64,000 nt of DNA, taken from positions 72,230,001 to 72,294,000 of the forward strand of contig NC_042998.1 of NCBI RefSeq assembly GCF_006345805.1, given 5' to 3'. Source of the stretch: Octopus sinensis (taxonomy: Eukaryota). The notes under the pieces were generated by a model. The model saw only the letters and a program-made list of their open reading frames with translations, had not been told where the DNA came from and ran no database searches. Below, one piece after another: positions 39,991 through 54,574 of the stretch; within the stretch, counting starts at the first letter, position 1, and every line of letters starts with the position of its first letter. A program made the translations under genes and the position numbers.

Positions 39991-42919
39991 ACGATAACTT
40001 TTTTCCTAATCCATGAGATGTGGTCGCTAAATTAGTAGACAATTAAAATAACTACTTATATATGTGTCGAACCGCTTCGAAAGACTTACATTTTTGTTGA
40101 AATCATTGTGACGTCTCTAGAAAATTTAATGTGCATTTAAACAAACTCTGACATCCTCGACATGATATGGGTTTTAATACAAATCACCCAAATGCTACAA
40201 TGTCTACAGATGAGTAAAACAATAAAAATCGTAAAATAAGCTTATTTACTAGATCATTCTAAAAGGATGAGTTGACTTTCTCTTTCACATTCGGAACTGA
40301 AATAAAATGACTTTACACTTCAGATATAAAAATACCTAACAGGACAGAACTCCACCCAATCCTTAAAATAAAATGCGCGAATACAATTTGATTACTAAAA
40401 TATTTGAGAAGTGATAAGTTTGCTAGTTCATTTCAAACATGCATACTTGTGGTTAAGCATAATAAATGAAACGGCACTTTTGCCAAATTGCCGAATTCAT
40501 TTCATTAAACGACTATATTGGTGAGAGAAACGATATCTCAAATTATAAAGCTTGACTTCTGTGATTGAAAGAACAATCTCTACTTTGAATGTCCTGTGTT
40601 TGTACAATATCATCTATTATCTCAAAAACAATAACAATATATCATTTTCTAGAAGGCCTCAATAATATATCATTAAGCACGCAGCAAAATCCTGACAAAT
40701 TCTACCTAGTTTGTAGTTATTGATCTGATTCAAAATATTGCTATTGCTGACCATCATTGGATAAAGACAAGTATTAGGAAGTCATGTTATTACATGCTGG
40801 TAGGATCAGAAATATATATGAACATAAAAATTAATGTACTTTTGGATACAGATATTAGGATGCATGTTGGAGCTGAATTTAAATATGAACAGTTGCTAAA
40901 TAACAGAAATACGCAAATTGAACCTGTTCCAACTTACTTCAGTATACATTATATTATAAACTAAATCAAATCAACAATAAAAGGTGTAACTAATTTTCTG
41001 AATAATTACTCTATAATTGGAAATGTTATTGGCAGTAGGATATTAGATGGAGAAGAATTGCTCATTTGGGGTAAACATTTTAATGATCATTTTTTTTCAC
41101 TAATCGAAAGAAAGAGTTCATCTTCTGTCTATCACTAATTACTAAATAACCCCTTGATGGATTAAAAGATAAATGAAGATGACAGTATAGGTGAGTCGAT
41201 TTTATCAACCAACTCTCTATATAGTTATACACATATATGTATACATGCAAAACTAAATATTTATGTAATTAGTCAGCGACCACAAACTTACACATTTCTG
41301 ATGTAGCTTCACACAAATTTACTGTCAAATACCAGATACATAAATGTATATTATTTACTATGAACGATGTAAAATATCCCAAATATGGTTTGCCAGTGAA
41401 TAGACTGTTTGAGTACTTTCTTTCCCAACATTCTGTATATGTATTTAATCTCAAGTACACAGGTTTCGCAGAAAGATATGCCAAAGGTCTGTTCAATCGT
41501 GCTATCGTTTCTTCCTTTCAATTTATTAATTATGCAGCATTGTGTCATTGATCAAGCTATTTCTTTGTAAGTTCCTTCTACCTACTCAGCTGTAAAGATG
41601 AACGAACCAAATGTTTGAACTGTTTTTTTTATCCACCTGTCACATTCTGGATGTTCCGTTTGGTCAAGCGTGAGAGAAAGAAGAGGGTGTATATATTTGC
41701 TTGTGACCAGATAGGCAACTAAACTATTGAGCGAAAGATGGTGATAGTTATGCTGTCATATTATGCATGCGAGTAACCGCTTTGGTTCGCCTCGTCTTTT
41801 TCCTTTTATGTTATGAGATGCAGGAAATATATAGACGAGTAATTTCATCCAAAATACAATACAGAAACCTATCAAAGGTATTTAGACGTTACAAAGATTT
41901 TAAGTGCGCTAATAGTGACGAAGTACTGAAGTAAAAACGAAATTGTAATAAGCAGTTAGTTCATGGTTAACAACACATAACTCACCAATAAAGACATCAC
42001 CTCCCTCGCGTAAGAATATGTACTTTTGCAGGCAGATATTATGTGAGGCTACTGAAAAATATGTTAATAAGAAAATAATATATTTATATGTGATATCGAT
42101 CTCTATAAAATAAATATCGTTCTTTCGGATCTAATTGCATGATATGAAAAGTGATTGAGTATAGTGAATGTCGTTGACTTGATATGAGATTTGATATTTT
42201 TCAGAAAACGATTTCTATATATTCATCTTCAACAGGCGTTTGATAATGGATGCAACGGTTTATTTACATTTATTTGCCCCGCTATAACGTTGGCATTCTA
42301 TGCTTGGATCTATGAATGTATGCATGAATGCGTGTATATATAATTTAATAGTCGCAGGATTTAAAACATGCAACTGTCTTTGAAAATACATGTCTTTGAA
42401 AATACAATGGCCGGATCAGCTTTCTAGAGTGTTGTATATTTCATGCAATCATTGAATCTCAAAACACGGTATAGTTCCTGTTTAATAAAAAGCGAAAAAG
42501 TACAGTACGAGAAACGACGAGACGGAAAAGGTAAGACAGGAAAGTAGAATGAAATATGTATAAGAATTCAGACGTGCGTTCGTTGAATCTTTAATATAAA
42601 ATTAATATGATAGGTATAATTATATTAGCGGGGCAAGGTTTAAATATGTGACACTGAACGCTTCATCAATAGAGGGTACTGTTTTCCACTTCAATAATAG
42701 AAACATGTTGAGGGGCTTACATTTAATGATAATTTTAGATCTAAAGTTCTACTGGTCACCACTTTAGTCGCCGACAACCCGACCATGTAACAGGCTGTAC
42801 TGGATTCCATGTTACAAGTCGCACTTATGAGAGCCTCATAAGTGACCTGATATGCCATAAGTGACAGGCATACGTTCATACATACATGCATACACACACG
42901 CACACACACATACACATAT

Positions 42920-42975
<56 letters not shown>

Positions 42976-43069
42976 GCACAACAAAGCACCAATCTTTGCT
43001 GGGAATAGGACTACGACTCAATGTAAAGTTGTGTTCAATCAGAAAATATTATTCTATTGCAATAATATT

Positions 43070-43105
<36 letters not shown>

Positions 43106-43589
43106 TCTCTTTACGCTTTTACTTGTTTCAGTCATGTGACTGTGGCCATGCTGGAGCACCGCTTTTATATATAAAACTTTTTCACTGATCTCGGTTCTGT
43201 TTACGGATAGGAGTTTCAGGCGAATACACAGGCATTGATGTAACGGATATTTTAAATTTCGTCTTCGGTGAACCTAGATGAAGAAGGCTAACCTGATTTA
43301 CGATAACAAACGTATTCTACAAAGTCCTAAACTCGAGTACTAGGTTACCCATTCTAAGGAGTCCATTTATCTGGCGTTCTTCCTAGAGGTAAGATGAACA
43401 TTTCTTATGTTCACCGCCCGCAAACATATTTTTCTGTTTACATATATACATACATGCATATATATATATATATATATATATAAATACACACACACATACA
43501 CACATGTATATATGTATATATATTTTATACAAATATGTAAGTAGGTAAATCGATGTGTATGTAAACTGATAGATAAATAGATAGACATT

Positions 43590-44771
43590 TGCATAAGTAA
43601 TATGGGGTAGGACTGCTTTTGGCAGTAATTGCATCTTGAATTCCACGAGATATGGACTCGTACAAAATTTGAATTGTTTCCAAAGGAACTTTTGTCCATT
43701 TTTCAGCTAAAATAGTATCCAGTTCTTGCAATGACGATGGTGGTGGATATCGACTCCTTACTTGGTTTTCTCAAATGCACCATAAATGTTCAATAATATT
43801 GAGATCTGGGGACTGTGTTGGCCAGATAAGATGTTCAACCTCACTAGAATGTTCCTCGTGCGATTTAGTAAAAATTCAGCTGTGTGGCTTGGTGCATTAT
43901 CTTCTTGCCAGATTGCGTTTCTTTCAGGAAACAGTTCCGCAACCGTAGGAAGAATTTGATCAGATAAAATGCTTAAATAGTCTTGACTATTAATTCTGTC
44001 ATGATTTCCAACATATAACCACCTAGATCATCACAGATCCTCTTCCATGTTTAATAGTTGAAAGAAAGCAGTCTGCGCCAAATGCTTCTTTTGGCTGTCT
44101 ACACACGTTTACTCGGCCGGTGATCGGATATAAAGTGAAGGATGGCTCGTCTGAGAAAATAACATATTTTCTACTACACTAATGACGAATTCTGTAAGTT
44201 TTTATTTCAACTCCAAACGCTTTGTAACGTTTGTTTTTGAAAGTAGTTTTTTTTCTGATAGCAGCCCTCTCGTGAAATGCGGCTTTGTGCAGCTCCTGGG
44301 GAACAGTCTTTGTGGAAACAGGGTTCTCGATGTGGCGATTAATCTCTGCAGTAATTTTGGGAGGTGTACTTTCGTGATACTTTCAAACAATTCACGTAAG
44401 TGTTCGACGGTCCCCATCTAAAAGTCTTGGTTTTCTTTCGGAGTTCTGTTTCGACGAGAAGCTTTTTCCATGTTTCTCAGGCGTCATTACTTTCGAGAGA
44501 GCACTTCTTGATACACCAAACATTTCAGCTGTTTTCGTTACGCTAGCGCCTGCTATACGAGCACCAACAATCTATCCTCTCTGAAAGTCCGATAGATCTG
44601 TCATTTTAATTATCTGTTTCTAAGGATATCTGAAAACAAACATCAATTTTAGCAAAACATATTAAGCAATACAAATGATAAGTTAAAATACATTAAGAGA
44701 AGATCTTGGCAGTTTTATAGATATTTCAAAGTTATGATGCCAAGTGTTTCTATTATTTTGTCCAACCCCTG
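43590..44771 (-). mobile_element. Decayed Tc1-like (DD34E) transposon, one TIR left
   Basis: TA|CAGGGGTTGGACAAAATAATAGAAACAC at 44771. Remnants LFSDEPSFTL, HGRGSVMI, WPTQSPDLNIIEHLW and IQILYESISRGIQDAITAK..PTPY. Confidence 0.9.
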
Positions 44772-45138
44772 TACATATGCCAAAACTATGCAACACATGA
44801 CCATATACACACACATGCACACTTCACACACGCACAATTAAACAAGGAGACATATGAAGACACATATGTATATAAAACAGATGCAAGTACATAATCATAC
44901 AAACCCATACACTTAGAAACACTGAAACGTGCACATGCAAGGAGACAGAGGTTCACACAGAAATACATACGCACAAAAAGAAACAAAAACGAACGTAGCG
45001 GTTATAACGAACAGATTAAGAGGTTGCAAGAAACAATGAAAAGTTTAGAAAAGATAAATAAGTAAACGAGTAGAAATCAAAACGGTGAATGTATTAATAA
45101 GACATTAAAACAGAATGATTCTCTCCAGAGACAATATA

Positions 45139-46346
45139 TTAGGTTGTCAAGAAAGTTCTTGCTAATTTTAAAGTTTGGTATTAAATGATGTAATTTTAAA
45201 ATTAATTTTCGTTAAATTACTTTGACTCTATATATCATTTTAAAGACACTTTTTCGCTCTACCTTACAATGTTACTAATTTTCCTTTTGAATAATTAGGC
45301 CATTTTTTCCGGAACGTTGAATACAACATGGACAAAAAGCAAATTAGCACTGTTTTTTATTCCACTTCAAGCTCGGCCGAAAAGCTGCTGAAACAGCTCG
45401 CGATATCAACGATGCTTTTGGCCCAGGAACTACTAATGAACGTACAGCACAATGGTGGTTCAAGTAATTTCGTAGCAGTGACGAAAGTCTTGAATGTGAT
45501 AAGCGTAGTGGTCGGCACAACTGTGCGAGAGTTTGCTTCTGAATTAAACGTATCGTATACGACAATTTCCAACCACTTGAAAATTATTAGAAAAACAAAA
45601 ATACTTGAGAAATGAGTGCCGCATGAATAGAACCCCCCCTCCCCCAATAAAAAAAAGCCTTTTTGAAGGGTCGTCTTCCCCTCTTCTATGACCCGTTTCT
45701 CGACCGTATTGTGACTTGCAATGAAAAGTAGACTTTTTACGACAACCAGCGACGCTCAGCTCAGTGGTTGGACACCGATGAAGCTCCACGGCACTTCCCA
45801 AAGCCAAAGTTGAACTCAAAGAAGATCATATTGGCTGTTTAGCGGTCTGCAGCCGGACCCTTCCATCACAGCTTTTGGGATCCCGGTGAAACCATTGCGG
45901 CGGAGAAGTACTGTCAGCAAATGGATGAAATGCATAAGAAACTCTGACAACAACTGGTCAATACGTAAGGACGAATTTTTCTCCACAACAAAGCTTGGAC
46001 GCAAGTTGCACAACTGACCCTGCAGAAGTTGAACTAATTGGGCTACGAAACTGTGATTCATCCACCATACTCACCAGACCTCTCGCCCGCCAACTGCCAC
46101 TTTTTCAAACATCTCGTCAACTTCCAGTGTGAGAAATGCTTCAAAAACCAAGACGATGCTAAACATATCTTTAACGACTTTATTGCCACCAGAACGCAGG
46201 ATTTTTAAGCTGCTGGCATAAATAAACTTGTTTCGCGTGTGCAAAAGTGTTGATTGTGATGGTGTTTATTTCGATTAATAAAGCTTTGTTTGAGCCGAGA
46301 TATGTGCATCTGAATTTAAAGGTTAAAAGTCGCAAGAACTTTCTTG
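45139..46346 (+). mobile_element. Decayed mariner (cecropia/Hsmar1-like)
   Basis: TA|TTAGGTTGTCAAGAAAGTTCTTGC left TIR; a perfect 15-bp inverted core at 46332-46346. Remnants MDKKQI, LGRKAAETARDINDAFG, DRIVTCNEK, HPPYSPDLSP. Confidence 0.92.
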
Positions 46347-46482
46347 CCCCAGCATGGCCACAGCTCGTGAGCTGAAACAAGATAAAATGAAAACAAAAAT
46401 GATATATGTGTGTATATATATATATATATGTATGTACGTATATATATTATATACATATACATGGTGTGTTTGTGTGTATATT

Positions 46483-46568
<86 letters not shown>

Positions 46569-46575
46569 TATATAA

Positions 46576-47230
46576 TAATAATAAATATTAGGGAATAAAT
46601 CCAAATTACAGGGAAAAAAATCAGATTTAGGATTAAATCCAATTTTATAGTAAAATATTATAAAATATTATTAGAGACAAAACCACTATTTTGCAAAACA
46701 AACAAGGAAAGACTTAATCAATACATAATATTTAATAAATAGTAAAAAAAAACCGCCACTACAATAGTTTCTTGTCTTGATCGACAATCTTCAGGTGGAC
46801 TTCTAATCTAAAATATCAATATTTTAAAACATAAAAATAATAATTTTAAAATAATTAAAGTATTAATGAAAAAATATAAATATATAATCCATATATAACC
46901 TATATATAATCCATATATAATCAATATATAAACAATATATAAACTAAAATAAACCTATCAACAATTAAATATAAAATATAAAATATAAAATATAAAATAT
47001 AAAATATAAAACAAAACAAAAAAATAATAATAATATAATAATAAACTATATATACACATATAACTAATTATATATAACCATATCTAACTACATACACTAA
47101 ATCACACACCTATATATATATCCCTATACATACACATAAAAACGTCTAGGCAACTATAAATAAATAAAATAGCTAAATACTTCAACACAATACTTATTCA
47201 TACTCCCACACACACACATAAAACCCACAT
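46576..47230 (-). mobile_element. Probable PLE 3' end (third family) ending at (TA)n
   Basis: Hammerhead at 46756-46798 points toward the TA array ~180 nt away; no ORF seen. Confidence 0.45.
46756..46798 (-). ncRNA. Minimal type I hammerhead ribozyme motif
   Basis: Minus strand: CCAC-CTGAAGA-TTGTC(GATCAA)GACAA-GAAA-C(TATT)G-TA-GTGG. Confidence 0.75.
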
Positions 47231-47232
47231 TC

Positions 47233-48900
47233 ACGCTCTAGAAACGGACATCACTTAGAATTATGAACGGAGAAATGGAATAAATGGAATTAAAAATTAT
47301 ATTCACTTGGTAAAACGAACACTACTTAAAAATTATGAATGAAACAATGCAATAAAACAACAGACATCGCAAATAGACACAAATTACTACGAATTCCTTA
47401 ACAAACCTACCATGATAAACCAAAACGCATAAAAACATATAATGATAAAATCTCCCTTTACTAAACTCTATAACATACCTATATAGCAATCCCCCTAACC
47501 TAAACATTCACACACAAATACACACACGTAAACCACACACCCACGACATATACAAATACCCACACCACTTACACATACCTATACATACATATAAACCTCA
47601 ACATATACTCCAAAAACCCACTCAATCCCACACAGACAAATAAACACAAAAATTATGAATGGATTCTTTTATAAAACTACCATGATAAGCTAAAACTCAC
47701 AAAAACATAAATGATAAAACCTCCCTTTACTAAACACTATAACATACTTATATAGCAATCCCTTGAACCTATACATTCACACACAAATACACACACGTAA
47801 ACCACACACCCATAACAAATACAAACACCCACCCCACTCACACACCCCACAAGTACATATAAGCCTCAACATATACACCAAACAAAATTACTTTACCAAG
47901 GAACTTAACATATGTTTAAAAAGTATAACCGCTCTGGAAACGAACATCTTTTAAAATAATGAATGGAGAAATGGAATAAATGGAATTAAAAATAATATTC
48001 ACGTGGCAAAACGAACACCACTCAAAAATTATGAATGAAACAATGTAATAAAACAACCAACATCGAAAATAGACAAATTACCACGAATTCCCTAAAAAAA
48101 AACCATGATAAACCAAAACTCTTAAAAACATATAACGATAAAATCTCCCTTTGCTAAACTCTATAACAAACCTATATAGCAATCCCCCTAACCTAAATAT
48201 TCACACACAAATACACACACGTAAACCACAGACCCACGACTTATACAAATACCCACCTCACTCACACATACCTATACTAACTTATAAACCTCAATATACA
48301 CCAAAAACCCACTCCCTCCCCACACAGACAAATTAACACATACATCCCAAAACCTAAACAACAAACCCATATACACATTCACACACAAACACACACACAC
48401 GCAAAACACACACACACAACAGATACATATACTCCCTCACATATACGCATATACATACTCACTAAACTCGATATATACAACAATATTTACACACCCACAC
48501 TCATACAGATAAATAATTATACAACTAAAAAATCACACACAATCTCATATACATAAACACTCCAATGAAAAACAACATTAAATACATCGTAATTAACCAG
48601 AATATCAAAAATAACAATATGACATAAGGAGAAATAAAATACATACTTACAAGTCAGTTTCAAATTATGAAGTGAAATTAAATTCTAAGCCGTTAAAAAA
48701 ATCAAACCAAATTACGTTACCATAGAAATATAACTTATGTATAAAAAGAATACACGCCATGGAAAGTAAACGTCATTTAAAATTATGAATGGAGAAATAG
48801 AATAAATGGAACTAAAAACTATATCCACGTGGCAAACCAACACTACTTAAAAAAAATTTATTATGAATGGATTCTTTAATAAAACTACCATGATAAATTA
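47233..48900. repeat. Complex higher-order tandem repeat, A/C-rich on the plus strand
   Basis: Module A (..TGAATGGAGAAATGGAATAAATGGAATTAAAAA..) near 47260, 47957 and 48781; module B (ACCATGATAA..CTCCCTTT.CTAAAC..GCAATCCC..CACACAAATACACACACGTAAACCAC) near 47408, 47680 and 48104. Confidence 0.88.
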
Positions 48901-50365
48901 TTATATACATTTATGAGCTTTAGCTCATCTTAGCAGCTCTAACAAACAATTTGCAGTAACCCAAGTCTATTCTCGATGCCTGCCTTACTACTACACTATT
49001 CCATTCCCAATTCCAAGCAACGCTAGCCCACCACTGAGTCGTTCTCAGTTCCGTAACAATTTCGATAATGTAATTCTTTCAAGAAAAGTGATGCACTTCT
49101 AATATTAGATACTTTTGGATTAGCATTTCTAATTCGGTTGAAAAATAAACTGGAGGACAGTCCTATAAAATTGAGAAGGCAAACAAGAATATAGTGTGTC
49201 TGCAAATTAATCAATCTCACTATCATGAACCGATACAGTTAAAACTTGAAATAAATGGAATGGAACTTCAATTACTGGATGATGCGATAAATAAGGTAAA
49301 GGAAATTTCTAATTGATTTGTACTGAAATGACACATACACACACAAATATATACTTCTTTAGGTTTTGCCATGAACCCCACTCATGAGAACAATATTCCA
49401 AAGAAAACAGCAAGACGTATATGTGAAATATAATCAAATATGTGACACATTTGAATGGAAGAGCTAAAAACTGATCTGATAACGCAGTCAATAATGCTAC
49501 AAACAAAGAAAAGCAAATTTGAATCCCTTATTTACGGAGACTCATTCACGAAGGGAGGTAAGAAATAAAAAGAAATTGTATTTCTTACCTCCCTTCCCAC
49601 TTTGCAGTCACTTAGAATCCTAAATTCACAGACTTTTACATTTGGCAGAACTATAATTTCCAACTATACGTCAATCATCAAATACAAAATATATAAATAA
49701 ATGAATAATAAACACTAAACAGTCAAACACTAAACTGTCAAAAACTATTAACAGTTGAAGACAACCACATAGTCTTTAAAACAGAAACGCAAAATTCATA
49801 ACAGCAGATGCAGGTAACAAAATGTTGGAGGATGTGTGATTAGACTGAAGCAAGTAGAATGCAAAAAAAAAAAAAATTAAGAGTGGAATATAGTTTAATG
49901 TTAATGCAAGTATGAATTTCAGAACGAAAAATAATATGACCATAATGAAATTGGAACTAAGCCAAATGAACAGGAACAGAATTAATGGGCCGTGTCAGGA
50001 TATGTAAACAACATATCAAGAATCCATGGAATGGAAAAAGACATTTTTCTGAATGAGAAATTCAATATATCTTCTTTTTGCCTCAAATAAAAGTTTAACA
50101 TTATTAATTATTATAATAAGAGATAAATATACATCTTAGATACAGCTTGCCAGTCTGAAACACGAACAGAGATAGGGACATGATGGAAAATATGTACAAC
50201 TATGCAGATGAAAATAAAAGAGATTTTCTTTTACACTACATGTGTTCGATAAGCTAAAAAGAGTGAAACCACTTATACATTCTTCTATCAGGAATATTTT
50301 ACATATATATACTTTCAAATATTCTTAATAACTTCCAACTTTGAAGTAATTGCATTTTCAAATAA

Positions 50366-50750
50366 TCTCTCTATATATAAACGGCAGTTTGTCTGTGCGT
50401 GTTTCTGTGTGTCTGTTTGCTTGTACCCTCACCCTGACCACGGCTTTTAACCGATTCTGATGAAACTTGACACACACATAGCCCAATGTCATAATTCAAA
50501 ACTAACGCAGCGAAAATTTTGAAAAGTTCCCCCGGTTCTGAAAAAAATCGATAAATTCGACATGGGGTCGAGAATCAGGAACACAAACTACAAACTGTGT
50601 AGGGGACGCAACTCCACCTTTTTAACTATCAAAAAAAAAATTTACCATCATTTTTTTCCATTTTTTTGCTGTTTTTTGGCTATAACTCTCTAAAAATGCT
50701 TTATAGTTATTTCCCTTACAAACCTGAGCAACGCCGGGCGATACTGCTAG
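50366..50750 (+). mobile_element. Non-autonomous Helitron
   Basis: A|TC start, CTAG|T end, GC-rich hairpin CCTGAGCAACGCCGGG about 12 nt before the end, no TSD. Confidence 0.85.
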
Positions 50751-51506
50751 TATTACAATAAATTACAAGCCTACCAACATAGGTATTTGCATAAGTATAC
50801 TGACAACACGCACATACATAAAAAAAAACCATCGAAACACAAAAACGAACTCTGCATTCATACACATTTAGTTTGACTTATATAAGACGCATAATACAAT
50901 GTTTTCGGTAAACTATTCGGAATATCTTCGGCAAGCTATTTATCCGTGAATTCATCTTCGTCAATACGCTATATAATTGGTGACTCCAGACATTTAACTT
51001 AGATTTCGTACTACAACATGCCCGAAATAAGTCATGGATATGATGAAGCGCTCAGCAGAAGACTTTGACATGACATTTTATCAATATACAATTGTAGCCG
51101 GAATCTTATGAGGAGCAATGCATACATGTCATGACCACAGAATTTCCTTTGTATGAAATATATTTCATATCGCTTTCAATCAGCCCATGTCTACATTGAT
51201 ATTACACTGCGGTCATACTTTCTATTAGATTGTATAGCAATTTTCAACAATTGTTACTAAGTGTATGAAATATAGATTTTAGAAACAATATTCAGAAAAT
51301 TTCTAGAAATTTGACATTATGCCAATGAATTATAATATGAATCGTAAATTGTACTTATCAAACTGTCTTATAAAGTAAACGCTTATCATATTTTTAGATA
51401 AATATATAATAGTTTAGCATTTCATTCGACGTATCGTTTTGCAACCTGTTTTTAAGTTTCAGAGAAAATCGTTATTCGTATAATAAATTCCAACGATAAT
51501 ATACAT

Positions 51507-51545
<39 letters not shown>

Positions 51546-51578
51546 CATACACACACACACACGAACGCACGCACAAAC

Positions 51579-51614
<36 letters not shown>

Positions 51615-52959
51615 TATATATATTCTTTGAAATAACTATGTGGTTATATTTATATGATAGCTTTCCTATACATAAGATGGTGACATAACACAAGGTGAAG
51701 TAGTGCCAACGGAAATCAAACTCCGCAATGTTGTTCACTCAACTCAACAATTATTGATAACCTTTGGTTTTTACAAGAAGCAACATTTCCTATTCACCCT
51801 TCGCTTGATAGCATACAGAAATTTACCCACGGCAATTGGGTAATTGAGTAATTACTAATTACTAATAGTCAATAATATTAAAAGATATATAATCTATGTT
51901 TATTTAATTCACCAATTAAACAAGTACAGAGATTATATTGACTTAAAATTGAACTTAGTTTTAGATATTAGCTGATGTCAGATATTCAATGTCAAAGCAC
52001 AGTAGCGATGTGTTTAGGCACTTATTTATATTTTACTATTGTCTCTTTTTGCAACAAGATTATAAATACCCTAAGACATATTTTTCTACCAGATTTCCAA
52101 TAATATATTCAGCACTCACCTTTTGCGAATTTGATTTTAAGATATTGAATTTTCTGAGTGTTTTTTTTTTTTTGTTCCCTTCAAGAAAAGTTCTCAACTG
52201 AATATTATCTGATGCTTGAAGATATTCTGACACTAACAAAAACAAAACACTGAGAAGAACAGTCATATAAAATGTCCTTTCAGGTTTCGTAGATCAGTAA
52301 AGTAATGCTGGTGCCCCTCATACAGCTGGTCATAATGTTTTTACTACTTTTGCTGCTGCTATACTAATTTTGAAAAGCATTTTTGTAGGAAGACATATTT
52401 ATATTTTCTAGTTGTTTTCCTTTTATATTAAATTTCTCTTTCACGTATCACTTGAGGAATACATTCTACAAAATTTTCTCCATAAAAATGAAGTAAGACT
52501 GTTATTGATTTCTAATGAGGAATAGCATTATCCAGAACAAACAGTGAAGATATCATGATACTAGGCAAAATAATACGAACACTGAGAAAGGAAAAATAGC
52601 TATATATCATATGAAGAATAAAATCTCTTACTTCAGTGTGAAAACATCGCAGTCACAGTACTTCAAGATCAATGTATCAACATTTTCTAAAAATTACTAC
52701 TTATCTAATAAGAGTGTGCGTGACTAAGAAAATGGATAAAATGAGGCTATTCATACATTTATCTATTTCTATTTGCAATTAGAAATTTGCAATTAGTGAA
52801 AATTGCATCATCACTTACACGTTTCGCACCCTTTCTTATAGTGACATTACCCAAGTATGGGGGTGGCATCATACAGGAAAACATACTCATATGCATTTAT
52901 CGACTCATCCATACACCATCACCATCATATACGAATTTATATAGGCATGTGTGCGTGTA

Positions 52960-53036
<77 letters not shown>

Positions 53037-53086
53037 GCATACACATATAAATATATGATATACATACATGTAATATATATATATAC

Positions 53087-53148
<62 letters not shown>

Positions 53149-53178
53149 ATATATATATATATATTATATATATATATA

Positions 53179-53765
53179 GGGTGTCCGAAAGATCACTGAT
53201 GGGTTTCAATTTTTAATAACCTCCTTAACTTTACAAAGGGCATAATGGAAATTAATATGCACACCACTACATGAAATATGATGAAAGATATCGCTTAAAT
53301 GGCAGCCACGTTCGGCTTCGCACTCCCTTGCTCTTTCCAAACGTTTCACCATAACACCCTCAAGAGTTTCAGACCCTTCTTCTCTGATTTCTCAATTGAT
53401 GTTCTCCTTCAGTTGCACCAAAGTCTCCGGTTTCTTGAAGTAAACCCTCTCTTTCAGTTCTCACCATAAGACAAAATATGGACTAGTCAAGTCAAGGGAG
53501 CGTGAAGGCTTTGTGACGTTGCTGTAGCGGGAGATTTTTCTCTCTCCGAAGCACTGCCGTAGCAACCGCATAGCTTCTGTTGCGATATGACCAGTTGCCT
53601 CTACTTTGAATGGTCTTCATGCTCCCCAAACGGGACTAGCCCGGATTTATTCTTGTGTGGGTACCTGAAAGAAAGGGTTTATATCAACAAAAAGAGACCC
53701 TGGTGCAAAAAAGAGGAAACTCAATAGAGAAATCAGAAGCATTTGAAGGTGTTATGGTAAAAATT
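53179..53765. mobile_element. Two back-to-back Tc1/mariner-superfamily C-terminal fragments
   Basis: Minus 53612-53179: TGHIATEAMRLLRQCFGER.ISR, PSRSLDLT, LKERVYFKKPETLVQLKENI, ending at TA|GGGTGTCC. Plus 53613-53765: PDLFLCGYLKERVYINK. Confidence 0.75.
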
Positions 53766-54162
53766 CCTCTTTAAATATCTTCATTAAACTCCGGTTTACA
53801 GAAATAGTTCAATATATGTAAGAAGCACAAACCCACATACATACACAGAGAAACACACACATGCACCCCACCCTTGCATAAATAGAAACACATACATATA
53901 TGCGTACATACATAAATACCTTGTTTGTGGGTGAGACCAAGTCTATATTAACATTAATATGTATAGTAAGACGAATAACAATATATGTTGGAACTGTATA
54001 TGTGTCCATATATAAATAGACGTGAGTATATTTCATTTTACTCGTATGTCATTATATTATGCTATATTTTCTTTAAATTCATCATGTTGTATTATTGATT
54101 TCTGGTATTTAAAAGGAATAAGAATGTATATAAGAAGTATATATTTATGCGTACAGAAATAT

Positions 54163-54199
<37 letters not shown>

Positions 54200-54297
54200 G
54201 CATGCATTTCTGTTCCTGCGATGTGTGACGTGAGCATCTGCGCCCATATTATTTTATATTATTATGCTTTTTTTACCTGGCACTATACTAGTGCACA

Positions 54298-54450
54298 TGA
54301 GAGGCTGCGAGGTAAGAAGCTTGCTGCGTATCCACATGACTCCGGATTGAGTCCCACTGCGTGGCACCTTCTACAAGTGTCTTCTACTATTGTCTCAGGC
54401 TGACCAAAGACTTGTGAGTGGATACGGTAGACGGAAACTGAAAGAAACAT
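54298..54450 (+). mobile_element. tRNA-derived SINE (type 2)
   Basis: Aligns with 39244-39385. Confidence 0.75.
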
Positions 54451-54574
54451 GTGGTATGTATGTATATATGAATATGTTTGTATTTCTTATTTGTGTCTGC
54501 ATTTATACATGTATGTATGTATGTATGTATTATATACGTACGTATGTATGTAAGTGTTAATATACTAGATTTCA

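Noticed and set aside
41269-41551. Overlapping open frames on both strands, including AKGLFNRAIVSS (esterase-like) and a minus-strand GTAAGT donor
   Set aside because: No convincing acceptor/donor pair encloses an open frame, and the motif match is short.
42822-42844. 10-bp hairpin CACTTATGAG/CTCATAAGTG, and a similar one at 31487-31526
   Set aside because: Short enough to be expected occasionally in 64 kb; no supporting context.
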